A DNA stretch of 51,885 nucleotides, filler included, from Sphacelaria rigidula (lineage: Eukaryota), in the NCBI GenBank assembly GCA_964200075.2. It is 4 parts of 4 records of this genome, joined end to end, with 100 filler letters (N's around TTAATTAATTAA, not from the genome) between each part and the next. Parts side by side here need not be neighbours in the genome. Positions count along the whole stretch, not along the records: positions 12,999 to 25,895 come from CAXNAA020003325.1; 3 more parts are not named here. One strand, given 5' to 3'. This document shows, piece by piece, positions 12,999-24,952 of the stretch. The notes beneath the pieces were generated by a model. It ran no database searches, had not been told where the DNA came from, and saw nothing but the letters and a program-made list of their open reading frames with translations. The first letter of the stretch is position 1. Each line of letters opens with the position of its first letter. The position numbers and the translations under genes were made by a program.

Positions 12999-13877
12999 CC
13001 AACCCCATCGGGGGTCCGCCCCTACAAAGCCGGGACGAAGCACGCCGGTTGAAGTTTTTTCAGTCATTCGAAGTACAACCGGTGTGCCGGAACAGCCCCG
13101 AGCCCAGTGCTCTACCGGCCCATTTATATTAGTCCCGCATATTCGATGAGTCACAGCTATTTGTAGTTAAACTATCCAGGCGAAGGACAGAAACGTAGTC
13201 AGACCAGTGTTCCAGATGGGTGCGTTGCCGCTGAACTCCCGCGTCCACAGGTGCTGCACTTTTCCGGCACATGTGGCGGCACGAACATCTTCTGTGGGCA
13301 CAGCTCCCTATCATGCCACATATTGTAATCCCTGGCGGGTGACGCATTTGGGGTGTACGTAAAACTCACAACGCCCCTGGCATTCCATACCGTCATCGCC
13401 CGCAGTACCGATTAACCCCTGCTTACCCGCACAGGTTCATTGGTTCGCACGCGAATCAAGTCGCCACAAATTCAGTCGTTGCCACAAGGTGGGTATACTC
13501 AAGGTTCATGAGCGGAAACATTCACCGCAGGTAACTCGAGAAAGGGGTCAAAGACGGAACAGGCAGTACATCAAAATAACCGTAGGGTCGAATATTGCAG
13601 GAGCGCATGGCAGCACGCCAATCACGGCATGAATCGTTATATACCGCCCACCTCTCGATCATCTACCTGGTACGGGGTTACAACGCCACACGTTTATTGC
13701 TGGGAGATGTTGCCCACGTGGAACCGATGGTACCAACGCTCATCACGTGATCGGAGGCACACACAGTGGACTGGTCGTTAGCGTGTCGTATATTGGGCTC
13801 ATATTTTGGGCACAGAAACCACGCCTTCGACCCCAGCACAACAGTTGTAGTGAGGAACCTCAGAGTCAAGCGCTCCT

Positions 13878-14321
13878 AACACGGGATCTTACAAGTTGTA
13901 GATGGATCTTTTTTCGGGGAGGAGAAACCCGGAGGATTGAAAACTTTGTATCCACACCAAATCTTCGAAATATGGTTCTATTTCTTCACCTCCCAATAGC
14001 TATTGACAACTGCTACACGCCATAGAAATTTGGATTTCTATCACCGAAATTTTGGGGTCCTAGGTGAAAAAACAGTTTCGGAACCATTTTGGCGTCCGTT
14101 CGGACACCCGGAATTCCCCAAAATTGGTCCTTCACCTAGGACCCCAGCATTTCGGTGATTGAAATCCAAATTCATATGGGGTGTAGCACTTATCAATAGC
14201 TATCAGTAGGTGTAGAAATGGAATCATATTCCGAAGATTCGGTGTGGATACGAAGATTGTAATTCTCCGGGTTTCTCATCCCCGATAAAAGATCCTTCCC
14301 CAATTTAAAAGATCCCGTGTT
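13878..14321. mobile_element. 444-bp foldback (fully palindromic) MITE-like element with 4-bp TSD TCCT
   Basis: aacacgggatctt...aagatcccgtgtt; arms pair along the whole length to a centre at ~14099 (gtccgttcggac); tcct at 13874-13877 and 14322-14325. Confidence 0.88.
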
Positions 14322-14633
14322 TCCTCCCTTCATGCACTCTCCTTGCAGTAGCGCAGTAAGGGTAGTAGCCCTCGGCTTCTCGGAGGAATAACGCTGGTCC
14401 TCCGCTCGCCTAATGAAGCCTCATTTGCGTTGTCAGAAGCCCCCAGTTCACGTATACTCCTTTCACTTTTTTTCAACAACTTGGTATTCCATTCGTTGCT
14501 TGCTGTTCGATTGGTGCAGGCTTCTGCTGAATTGGTCATCTCGTCCATGCGTTCAAGTGTGTGGCGATTTGTAGTGTAGCAGCAGCGGGGTTCCCGCGCC
14601 CTATACTGCTCTCCCAATACATCAGTGAAGAGA

Positions 14634-16271
14634 ATGACTGTTCAATGTACCCGCAAGGGTTGTCCCACGACGGCATCATATGGCGTAGCGGGTAGCAGAA
14701 AGGCTGAGTTCTGCGCCAAACACGCGCGGGTGGGCACGATCGATGCCAGACGTCAGACTTGCGGCGAGGAGGGCTGCTCGACATCGCGGTCATTCGGTGT
14801 AGCGGGTAGCGGAAAGGCGGAGTTTTGCGCCACACACGCTCGGGCGGGCATGATTAATGTAAGAGGCAAGAAGTGCGGCAAGAAGGGTTGCTCCACAACG
14901 CCGTCATTGGGTATAGCGGGTAGCGGGAAGATGGAGTTCTGCGCCACACACGCTCGGGCAGGCATGGTCAACTTGACAACTAAGAGGTGCCGCAAGGAGG
15001 GCTGCTCCACAGTGCCGTCATTCGGCGTAGCGGGTAGCGGAAAGGCGGAGTTTTGCGCCACACACGCTCGGGCGGGCATGGTCAGGGCAAGACGCGAGAA
15101 GTGCGGCAAGAAGGGTTGCTCCACACTGCCGTCATTCGGTGTAGCGGGTAGCGGGAAGGTGGAGTTCTGCGCCACACACGCTCGGGCGGGCATGGTCAAT
15201 GTAAGAACGAATAGGTGCCGCAAGGAGGGCTGCTCGACATGGCGGTCATTCGGTGCAGTGGGTAGTAGAAGGGCGGAGTTTTGCGCCACACACGCGCAGG
15301 CAGGCATGATTAATGTAAGAGGCAAGAAGTGCGGCAAGAAGGGTTGCTCCACAACGCCGTCATTGGGTGTAGCGGGTAGCGGGAAGATGGAGTTCTGCGC
15401 CACACACGCTCGGGTGGGCATGGTCAACTTAACAACTAAGAGGTGCCGCAAGGAGGGCTGCTCCACAGTGCCGTCATTCGGCGTAGCGGGTAGCGGGAAG
15501 GTGGAGTTTTGCGCCAAGCACGCGCGGGCGGGCATGATCGATGTCAAACGTGAGACTTGCGGCGAGGAGGGCTGCTCGACATGGCCGTCATTCGGTGCAG
15601 TGGGTAGCAGAAAGGCAGAGTTTTGCACCACACACGCTCTGGCGGGCATGGTCAACGTAAGACGCAAGAGGTGCGGTCAGAAGGTTTGCTCCACAATGCC
15701 GTCATTCAGTGTAACGAATAGCGCGGAGGCCGAGTCCTGCATTCGAAATGCTCGGTCGGGTGCTGATCGCAACGCAAGTGACGGTGGCCGTAGCGTTGAT
15801 CTTCGTCGCAGCTTGTGTGCCAGTCGTGCTACACAAGATCGTGCGAGTTCCACGACCACGCCACCTTCTTTCTCCGGACAGCCCGCCGGCATTGCGGCAG
15901 CAGCTACATCTCTTATGGATGGAGCAGCGAAGCGCATGAAGATGGAAATGGAGATGACTCTCCCTGATGCGCTCGTGCCTGAATGGATGACGAGCAATGA
16001 TCTGGCTGCTGCACGATCCAGCATTTATGGTAGCACGGCCTACGGGAGTTCCAGCATCTTCAGAGACAGGAGGTGCAGTAGCAGCATCGCCAGCGGAGGG
16101 AGAGGTGCCAAACAGTCAAGTGAGGGCGCGCCGGTGGAAGTGACGACCGATGTAGCAACGGCGGATGGTGTGATGTTTGAAGAGAAGGGCGACGACGTGA
16201 AGTTTGAGATGGGGGTGTTTCCCCCCTCCAGTCAGGTGTCTGCGGCGTCACCCAGCGGGCGAAAGAAATAG
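14634..16271 (+). CDS. EsV-1-7 domain (Cys/His repeat) protein: 9 complete + 1 degenerate 38-aa repeats, low-complexity C-terminus
   Basis: Repeats CxxxGCSTxxSFGVAGSxKAEFCAxHARAGMVNV match the brown-algal/phaeoviral EsV-1-7 repeat. Uninterrupted frame; first ATG at 14634; possible splice acceptor (ctcccaatacatcag) ending at 14625, so upstream exons are possible. Confidence 0.88.
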   Translation: MTVQCTRKGCPTTASYGVAGSRKAEFCAKHARVGTIDARRQTCGEEGCSTSRSFGVAGSGKAEFCATHARAGMINVRGKKCGKKGCSTTPSLGIAGSGKMEFCATHARAGMVNLTTKRCRKEGCSTVPSFGVAGSGKAEFCATHARAGMVRARREKCGKKGCSTLPSFGVAGSGKVEFCATHARAGMVNVRTNRCRKEGCSTWRSFGAVGSRRAEFCATHAQAGMINVRGKKCGKKGCSTTPSLGVAGSGKMEFCATHARVGMVNLTTKRCRKEGCSTVPSFGVAGSGKVEFCAKHARAGMIDVKRETCGEEGCSTWPSFGAVGSRKAEFCTTHALAGMVNVRRKRCGQKVCSTMPSFSVTNSAEAESCIRNARSGADRNASDGGRSVDLRRSLCASRATQDRASSTTTPPSFSGQPAGIAAAATSLMDGAAKRMKMEMEMTLPDALVPEWMTSNDLAAARSSIYGSTAYGSSSIFRDRRCSSSIASGGRGAKQSSEGAPVEVTTDVATADGVMFEEKGDDVKFEMGVFPPSSQVSAASPSGRKK

Positions 16272-18876
16272 TTTGATAAAGCCATCTGTGAACGCTCGTT
16301 TTCCCGCCCAAGATCGACTTGTTGCTGTTGCGACGTACCTCCACGTTGGTGCGGGTTCGTGCCACCACGATATGTTTGCTTTGTTTCACGCTGTGCTATG
16401 CTGCTTTTTTTCAGGGTCAATGGGGGAGAGGCGGCCGCCGAATCGTTTGCGCATCATTCGTTACAGAGAGATGGGTAGCATAGCTCGTGAAACTCCGCTC
16501 GCTTCTCAAATGAAACAATTTTCGCTGTAGGCATTCTGTCAGTTGGTAACAGTACATGAAGAACGAGGACTACGCGCTACCTCACCAACAGCTATAAACT
16601 TCGTGTGTACAACATACGATAAATAAAGCATCAACAAATAAACCAAGGGGGTGTTGGGTGGAATGAAAACCGGGGTTTTTACCCCCACGAGCGCTGCGAT
16701 GATGAGATCTTCAAATAATCTCCATACATCGGATAGAGTTGGGTACGATCGCATTACTCTACCCAATATCTGGGTAATGCTGAGCATGATTCTTCACGTG
16801 AAAAAGACCCCCGTTCAACACACCCTTGGAATACATACTTCGCATAATATGACGTTCGCGCTAGAAAAACTTGTCGCGAACTCTCTACACAAAATGAAGC
16901 ACCACTACATACAGTACAGCATGCCGAATAACTGGCTGGTACCGGGATGTTGCGATTCAGGCAATTCCGGAAAGAACGAACTATAAACAACGATTCAACG
17001 TCCACCCCCTCTTCTACTTCTGTGATGGCTGAGTCTGGACTCTGTTTCGGATCCCGCTTGCGCCTCTTCGGCTCTCCGGGCCACGTTCTCCTTGATTTTC
17101 GCCACATACCGGCGCAATTCGTACACGGCCTTAGTGTGCGTTTCTTTCTCCAGCCGAATTTTTCTCTGTGGCGTGACCTCTGCGCTGTAAATGTCAGGCT
17201 TCCACCTGCGTCACCGTGTACACGATAGTATGTAGCGGTGTAGATTGCGGTGTTGTGCCGTATATTGTTCCCGAAAAGAATGGAGCAACAAGGTGACAAC
17301 GACAACGATAACGATCGATGAAACCGTTCTTTGCCGATTGCAACAGATAATCCATGTAATGTCTCGAATGCCTCTCTTGTCGACCCTTCCTCTTGAAAAT
17401 TCAGGGGACAAAAAATCATAACAGTTTCCACATCAAGGCTAGAGGAATAGAGCGAAAAGGCAAGCGCAACACGAAACAACACTGGGACAGAAACGCATTC
17501 GGCCTCATTTTTCCAAATAATTCTCACCATTTGAATCAAACCAATGTGAAACACCAACTAAACACAGATATGCCACGCTCTGCCTTTGCTTTTTCCAGCT
17601 CGTATTACCTGCAGATCTCCGGAGTGTCGTCGGTATCATACATCTCGCGGAAGATGTACCACACAAGAGCTGTTCGTGTGGTGATGAAAGAGTAGGAACA
17701 GCGCGAAGTAAAAGAGAAGACGGATAACGGATCGAAGTGTGGTGTCAAGTCGAGAAGAAACCAAAAAAACAATATAATGAGAGTCGTTGTTGGCGGGCTT
17801 TATTTTTCATCCATGTTCATCCATAGTTCCAATTTTTTAATTGGTTGTTGTCTCAGGCTATTCCAGATCCGGTATTGCATTTTTGTGACAGAAAAACGAG
17901 CAGAACTTTTCGAGAACTTTTCAAAAAAACAGACAGAACTTTTCAAGAACCGCTCAAAGATGACCCCATTATCTGGAGTACAGGGCGGTACACTCAGCAC
18001 AAGACAACTCTGCAGAGGTATATGAAGTATAGAGTACTACACTGAACACCAGACAACACGGCAGTTCTACAGTGTTTTCTAGTTTTGGAACCTGAAGACG
18101 GACTGTATACAGTATGACACCGTCACAAATATATTCTCTATGCTTGCAGAGTACAACCTGTACTCGGACAGGGGATGTGGTACCCGGACAGGGGAGGTGG
18201 ACAGCACGCCATCACTTGTGGATCGATACACTGCAGTAGTTGGGTATGCGTTGTTAGGTGAAAACTTGCACGTCTTCGCTCATGATGGGCATCAGCGACA
18301 GAACTGCGTGGTACGGTGGGCAACGGAGTTGCGTGCAAGCGCATGGATAGTGCAGTCTGTACAAAGCTGCACGTTGCTGAGGTCCTCTTCACGTCGTATT
18401 GTAAGCAGGGAGGATAGATCGTCCTGGGCTCTCTGCACTGCATGTTGCCCGCTTCTTCATATCCTCCCGAACAAAACACGCACACACGCACTCAGTACAC
18501 CATGCTTGCAAGCGGTGCAGACAGTACAGACTGTGTGTATTGTACACGAGTAACCATGTGCCGCGTCACGAATTCCAGGCACAGGACCCATGCGTAGGCA
18601 AGGTTTGATCTACAATTATTTGCGCGAAGGGCGATCATGTCCGACCGTTCAACATCGGCGCCCTGCAAACAGTGAGGGCCCGTTTAAAATCAGCCGAAGA
18701 ACTAAAACATGGGACGTGTTTTGTCTCACTGTACTGCAGCACAAACACACTCACTTCCGCTCTCATGTGCTGTAGCTATCACTGTTCTGGGGGGTGTTTA
18801 GACCTTACGAAGACGGTTTGGTCTCCGCTGAGATTGGGCGTCCACATAACAGTCTTTGTTTGGCAGCAAATCGGCC

Positions 18877-18985
18877 CGTAGCTGCTCATCAGCTGTGCAC
18901 GTTGTGCGTGACCTTGCTCACATCTGTTCGGAATTCATTGGGAAATGATGATTTGTGTGAGACGCGCGCGCAGCACACACACGCT
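18877..18985 (+). repeat. Dispersed repeat fragment, inverted copy at ~39258-39363
   Basis: cgtagctgctcatcagctgtgcac...tgtgtgagacgcgcgcgcagcacac matches the reverse complement of 39258-39363. Confidence 0.75.
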
Positions 18986-19026
18986 TACAAAACACTCAGC
19001 AACGACACGTTTTTGGTTGTTCTTAA

Positions 19027-19124
19027 CCCTTAGACAGCGAGATTAGTCTTTCTGGATCATGCATGCTGTTTTTCACTTGAAATTGATGTCGATTCAACAT
19101 AAGACTAACCTCGCGGTCTAAGGG
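19027..19124. mobile_element. 98-bp piggyBac-type MITE
   Basis: TTAA at 19023-19026 and 19125-19128; TIRs cccttagacagcgagattagtctt / aagactaacctcgcggtctaaggg; CCC...GGG termini plus TTAA TSD are piggyBac hallmarks. Confidence 0.85.
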
Positions 19125-20150
19125 TTAAAACAAACGCCTGCAGCCGCCATTCGTCCGATACAGAATGGATTTCTGTCAAAAGACTGCCGTGTGTAGATCA
19201 GCAAGGGCTCGCAGTGAAACTTATGCGCGTGAGTGGTGGGTGTCTGTGCGTGTCTTTTCGAGGCTGGGTGTGTAGGTGTTGTGTTGCCTTGTTGTGCGTT
19301 GTCTGCAGCATTACACAGATCTTGGACCTGCTTGGACTATCGACCACTTCCAGACCCGCCGCATTTCTAGATCTGCGTGCAGATCTGGGTTCCAATCTGT
19401 ACAAAACTGCTTGTCGATAGGACTGGGGACTGGTCGTTATGGGGCCAATTCCCTGTTAAAATGGACTGTGAAAAAGGGGAATCTCCTTGTTAAAAAGGGC
19501 ACTAACAGCTCTAGCACTCTCTCCTTCACGCCGGCGGCTCAGATGCCGCCAAAGAAGGTGAGTCCAATCGCTCTTCATTGACGGCGTCTGTCTCTTCCGT
19601 CCCTTTTCCATTACATTCCAATGTCAGAAAGGATAGTAAAATTGGAAGCGCGATGCGAAGCAGAGCGATCTATAAGTTCATACCCTTCATCTATTTTGAT
19701 CCATAACCCCATACCCTTCATCCATTTTGATTCATTATGAGTGAAAATATATGAAGAAACATGAGGAGAAAAGCCCGTTAATAACCCCCCTAAATAGCAA
19801 ACATCCCGACAGCCGCCGTGCCCTAATTTCTAGCGGTACAACTGATGCCAGTAGGGTGAAAAGAACCCAGGTTCGATATCTGATTTCTGCCGTTGACATC
19901 GTGAGAGCGTGAGTAGAAAAAAAACAGATCAACTTTGTATGACGACAGTCGACACGGTGGAGGAGTGTTGGTCATGATCCAATCATGCGACAGTTCAAAA
20001 TACAAGGCTTGTAGCGGGCAGAGATGAGTGGATTGAACTTCTGAAACCACATACTTGCCCGGAGAAAGGGGGGAGATTGAGAGTGTGGCTTGATAAAAAA
20101 CGTGCGGCTGTTCCATTTCGTGTTGCTCGTCACATCTGCAACTCCTCCCC

Positions 20151-20190
20151 TTCCTCGAGGCGAGTCCGTGGTCTCAAGGGATCAAGTCAT
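20151..20190 (+). repeat. 40-bp dispersed micro-element, family B, copy 2
   Basis: Matches 12851-12890; flanked by ctcctcccc / ctccttccc. Confidence 0.75.
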
Positions 20191-20319
20191 CTCCTTCCCG
20201 GTGCTATACACGCCTTCCAATGTGGTATTACCGCGGATTAGATTATGGCAAACATTCACACGCCGCGCCGACTCTCATTAAATAAATTGCTGGGCTAAAG
20301 ACAACAAGTGGGTACATCA

Positions 20320-21341
20320 CACCTATTTCAGACGAAGAGTAGGCACAGGTGAGTGCGCGAATTGGAGCTGTCGGTGCTTGGCCGGAACCACTCAGAAACT
20401 AATCCCGACGCAAAGGCAAGGCTCCACAGCCCATGCAGAGCATGTACACCATACGCGAAAAAAGAGCGCAATTTAGGGTTGAGCAGCACTGCGGGAAACA
20501 AGGGCCTTGTAGAATTCTCCTTCATGATGTCCAAAGTGTACCCCCTATTTGACCACTATCGGCCTTCCACAGCCACCGTCCAACCTACCGCACGGCACAA
20601 AATCGAATAGCCAAAGAACATCTCCAGCGCGTCTTTCCACTTCTTTTTACGACCTGACGGTGTTCCCACGCCAAACAAACGACGCCCCTACGGATTGATT
20701 GACACAATGCACCACCCTTGGGCGCGCGCGCGTAAACGACACAGCAACTTGAGGAAGGTGGGAGACGACGCAAACGGCACAATAAAGTGAACCGTTTTCA
20801 GCAAATTGTTTTGCTGTTCGCGCCCGCGCGCGCCCAACGGTTGTGCGGTGTCCAAGTCAATTCGCAAGGGTCTCGTTTGTTTGGGGTGGGGATCACCGAC
20901 GGCAGGGTTCTGAGTCTCAAGGTCGTAGAAAGAGGTGAACAGAAGTGTTGGATATGTTCTTCGGCCTTTCCATTATGTGCCGTGCGGTAGGTTGGACGGC
21001 GGCTGTAAAAAAACAATCGTGATCAAGAAGGGGGGGGTACACTTTGGATATTATGAAGGAGACAGGACAAGGCAAAATGGGGTGCAACATGAACATGGTA
21101 GTTGTTGCTGAGTACACCTAACTCATTGTCGGACAAAATAGGATACTTTACGGGGCTCTTGTTTCCCGCGGTGCTGCTCAGCCCTCAATTGCGCTCTTTT
21201 TTCGGGAAAGGTGTACATGCTCTGCATGGGCTGGGGGCGCCTTGCCTTCGTGTCGAGATTGATTGTTGAGTGGTTTGGGCCTAGCACGGACAACTCCAAC
21301 TTGCGCTTTCACCTGTACCTACTTTTGGGCTGAAATAGGTG
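20320..21341. mobile_element. ~1-kb imperfect foldback element (long inverted repeat)
   Basis: cacctatttcag...ctgaaataggtg termini; arms pair nearly to the centre (~20775), e.g. cagcccatgcagagcatgtacacc / ggtgtacatgctctgcatgggctg; right arm has an extra segment at ~21065-21145. Confidence 0.88.
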
Positions 21342-21879
21342 ATATTTGGTCGTTTGCCCTGGAGTTTTTGTTTCACCTATGCTTTCACGTTGCCATCTAC
21401 TCACGTGCAAAAAAAAAGGGAAACAGAGACTTGTCAGAATAAAGCCGAAAATATACATTTGCCCGAAATCGAACCCCGCATCCTCCCAACCTACAGTGAA
21501 CGGTTTTACTTGTACATCTCGGAAGGCCACACCGGGGCCACGTCAGCTGGTTGGAATATCAATGTCAGCACAGGTAATGTTGCAGCAGCTATCTTGTCTT
21601 GTAAAGTGTGCGTTTATCGTAGTGGTTATTATTATTAGTAGTACTATTATATGATTTTTTTAATTATTATTATTATTTATTATTATTATCATCATTATCC
21701 AATGTATCATTAGGCTAAATGTCTCGCCGCTCGATACTGGAACCAATTAAGCAAATGATCCGCCGCTCCATACTGGAATCAAGTAAGCGTGTGATCCTTC
21801 TTGGAACACAAATTTACACTTCCCCAATCACAATCACGACCAAGTATGGCCAGAGTGCAATTGCTCTTCCACGGAACAG

Positions 21880-22380
21880 CATCACATATACCAATACCCG
21901 ATTTGTTTTGAAAACAAAAAATGAAAAATTGAACAAGAACTGGCGCATCTCACCGCTGTCCGTGACATATACTGTTCGCGGGCAGAGCCCGACTATCACA
22001 CCCACAGGTACTGTCTTAACACTTCACTACACGAAAAGGCACAGACAATTGCACTCTACCTTCACGACGCAGCTCACATTTCCCGGCCGTGAGATATACT
22101 GTTGGTGGATACACGGCCAAGGAAAGATCCGACACTGAACTTTCATGCGGAACATGCAGTAGTACCACGTATGCCGATACCCGATCTGTTTCGAAACATT
22201 GAACAAGCACTGGCGCATCACGAGATATACTGCCCGATATATACATATTGTTCGCGGACAGAGCCCGACGATCACACCCACAGGTACTCTCTTCACGCTT
22301 TCTTCTGGATGCACGAAAAAGCACAACAATGGCACTGTACTTCCACGGCGTAGCTCACGTTTCCTGGATCACGTCTTCTT
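21880..22380. repeat. Diverged ~270-bp tandem duplication
   Basis: tgaacaag.actggcgcatc...gttcgcgg.cagagcccgac.atcacacccacaggtact at ~21930 and ~22200. Confidence 0.8.
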
Positions 22381-23514
22381 TTTGCAAGCGCTGAAATCCA
22401 ACAAAGCGATGTTGCACCCCCAGTCATTTATGGAACAGTAACCCATGCATGAAGATTATCTTTTCCGACGACGAGAGTACACAAACACAAATTTGTGCAG
22501 TACAAAATCAAGATAAGAGCGGAGCGACTTTACACCGACATAAACAGTCTACAACGACATCTTCTCCGACAGAACGGAAAGTGTTTTGATAGTCATTTAC
22601 GGAACGATCACCCACGAATAACAGGATATTTTGCGACGGTAGCCGGGTTGCCAGCCTGCTAATCTTGATTCGTCCATCTGTGTGTGTGGTTCGTTTCGCT
22701 GTCCGTGTGCATGCCGTGTCGTGTGCTGCGCGCGCGATGTGATGCGCGACAGGGCCACTCAGACTGCGTATGCACTTATGTTACACTGACTGAACAGGCC
22801 GCCAATCCAGCACAAAACTACTCACCGGTTGGAGTCGATTTTTGCTGTGTGTGTACTCATTGGTCACCGTTTGCTCACCGATTATTTATACCTCACGCAA
22901 TGCTCGCTCACTCCTCCGGGCTTGCACCCCACTGTCCCAAGATGAGCGCGATTATCTTTACTGTCGAGGGCGGTATTCACCAAACACCTGCTTTTTTGTC
23001 ACAAGTCCATCGCCCCCCTCGTCGCTATCAGCGCTTGGAGGTGTGTCCCCTCACTACAGTCCTGACCGGCGCCCGCCTTCCTGCGTCCACATTATCGCTC
23101 ATTCTCCTCATGTGTCACCACTTTTCGACACTACACACTTGGCTTGTGGCGTGGCGTGTAGCTAAAATATCCCTCTAGCGCCGGCAATTGTGTACTGCAT
23201 GTTCCATCATGTTTCTTCATCGCTTCGGGTATGAGTACGCCACTGTTACGTTCTCTCCCGTTTCCATCGGAAAGCGATTTTCAATAATACAAACAAAATG
23301 TGGTGCCTGCAGCGTGAACAGACTTCGAAGCCTTGAACGAACTTGACAAATTTTACCGTCTCTGCATATATGTGACCACGGAAGGCGTCCGCATCAGATG
23401 CCCAGTACGAATGTACCGCGCAGATATCGGAACGGTTTTTAACAACGACAACAACAACGACAACATATATGTAGAACAAACAATTTGTATGGCAGTCGCG
23501 AAAACGGATCTGTA

Positions 23515-23669
23515 CGCAGATCAGGGGACCTCAGATCCGGAAACGCTTTGTACGGACCCCAACTTCGGCAAAATCGGGGGAGGCTCAGATTCGTTCGCCA
23601 CGATTTGAGAACGGTTTTACACGAATCTGAGCCCAGATCCGTGGAAAATCGAGGTCCCCTGAATCTGTA
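23515..23669. mobile_element. ~155-bp MITE-like element
   Basis: Inverted ends cagatcaggggacctc / gaggtcccctgaatctg and inner ggctcagattcgt / acgaatctgagcc. Confidence 0.65.
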
Positions 23670-23737
23670 GCAACTAATGTACGCATGTTGATGTACAGAC
23701 AGTGATCGTGGTGGTCACTCGCTTGTGCGTGCGTTTG

Positions 23738-23740
<3 letters not shown>

Positions 23741-23810
<70 letters not shown>
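23741..23810. repeat. (GT)n microsatellite
   Basis: About 35 perfect GT units. Confidence 0.97.
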
Positions 23811-23813
<3 letters not shown>

Positions 23814-24145
23814 CATACTGTACCCCATCCAAGAGCGGTGGACCGGAAAGGGCCGTTCGTCACAGATGCATATATACTCTTCGGCACTTTGAAATCATGA
23901 TAACTGCGGACAAACATCTGTACTGGAAAAATTGATACTGCAAGCACACTCAAATGAAGACGGTTGCGGATAAACGTTAGCAGCCCACAAACACAAACGT
24001 CAGTGGCACCGCCCCTTCCCAACATGAGCGTTTTGCTTTGCTTGTGTATTTACTGAGGACGCATCGGTCGACACTGTACGCCGTGAACTGCTTGACATTG
24101 TAATGCATTGTCCAGGGTGTGGATTCTTGATTCTGCGAGTCGTTC

Positions 24146-24525
24146 GCCCCCGTGGCTCAGTCGGTAACCTCGGAATCTTCTGATGGTTGAGTCGTGGGTT
24201 CGAATCTTGGTGCAGTAACACGATCTGGGATTTTTTCTCGCACAATGCCCAACAACAATGAAGAGCGACCATGTCGTAGGTACACACAAATTCGACTCTA
24301 GAGTCGACGAGAGAAAGAGACTGCTGAACCCCTCTCGCGACAAAAAATAAGGTAAGCACCGCAGAAAGATGGTAAAGTACTAGAAAAACAATATATATAT
24401 ATATATATGTTTGCCGTCCTCCTGTGTGACCCCGGCTGATGTGCCCACATATATACCGGAATGAGTTGTAGACTGCTGGCGTCCAGAATAGATGGGATGA
24501 CCACACACAAACGCAAACACACCAC
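24146..24525 (+). mobile_element. Full-length tRNA-derived SINE
   Basis: tRNA-like head with A-box tggctcagtcgg (24153-24164) and B-box ggttcgaatc (24197-24206), non-tRNA body, AC-rich tail; other copies at 8225-10063 and a partial one at ~24600-24685. Confidence 0.75.
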
Positions 24526-24952
24526 TGCTCACCCACTGACTAATACTGTACGCACCGATGCCCATCGCAAAAGGAAGGTGGGTTACTGAAAACAAAATGT
24601 AGAACTCCGGGGTTGGCGTTCCTCCTGTGTGGCCCGGGCTGGCGCGCCCACATATGCCCCTACTCTAAGGTAAACTGGCGTCCACCGTCGGTGCGGACAG
24701 GGGATGGTGGATGAAACTGAGCCATGTTTCTGTGGCAGGTTCAACTCCTACACGCAGCTCTGCGGAAAATTCCATCTCTGGAGATACACATAAGAATATA
24801 TATACAACACACTGACTGCCTCACCACCATCCCTGCTTATCCGCACCACGTGCATACCGCGCACACTTCTGTGCCCTTAACGATATAAGAAAAAAAGATT
24901 AGTATAAAAAATCTGTGATCCTCGGCGATGTGTGCGATACGAGTTATTAGCA

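Noticed and set aside
14753-15667. 304-aa minus-strand repeat ORF
   Set aside because: Antisense shadow of the EsV-1-7 repeats
14634-16271. Endogenous phaeovirus insertion
   Set aside because: No other giant-virus genes recognisable; flanks are host-type repeats and EsV-1-7 proteins are a resident brown-algal family
16754-17557. 267-aa ORF
   Set aside because: Composition looks non-coding; another frame appears more plausible over part of it
24146-24215. tRNA gene
   Set aside because: A and B boxes are present but there is no proper cloverleaf, and it continues into a multi-copy SINE body
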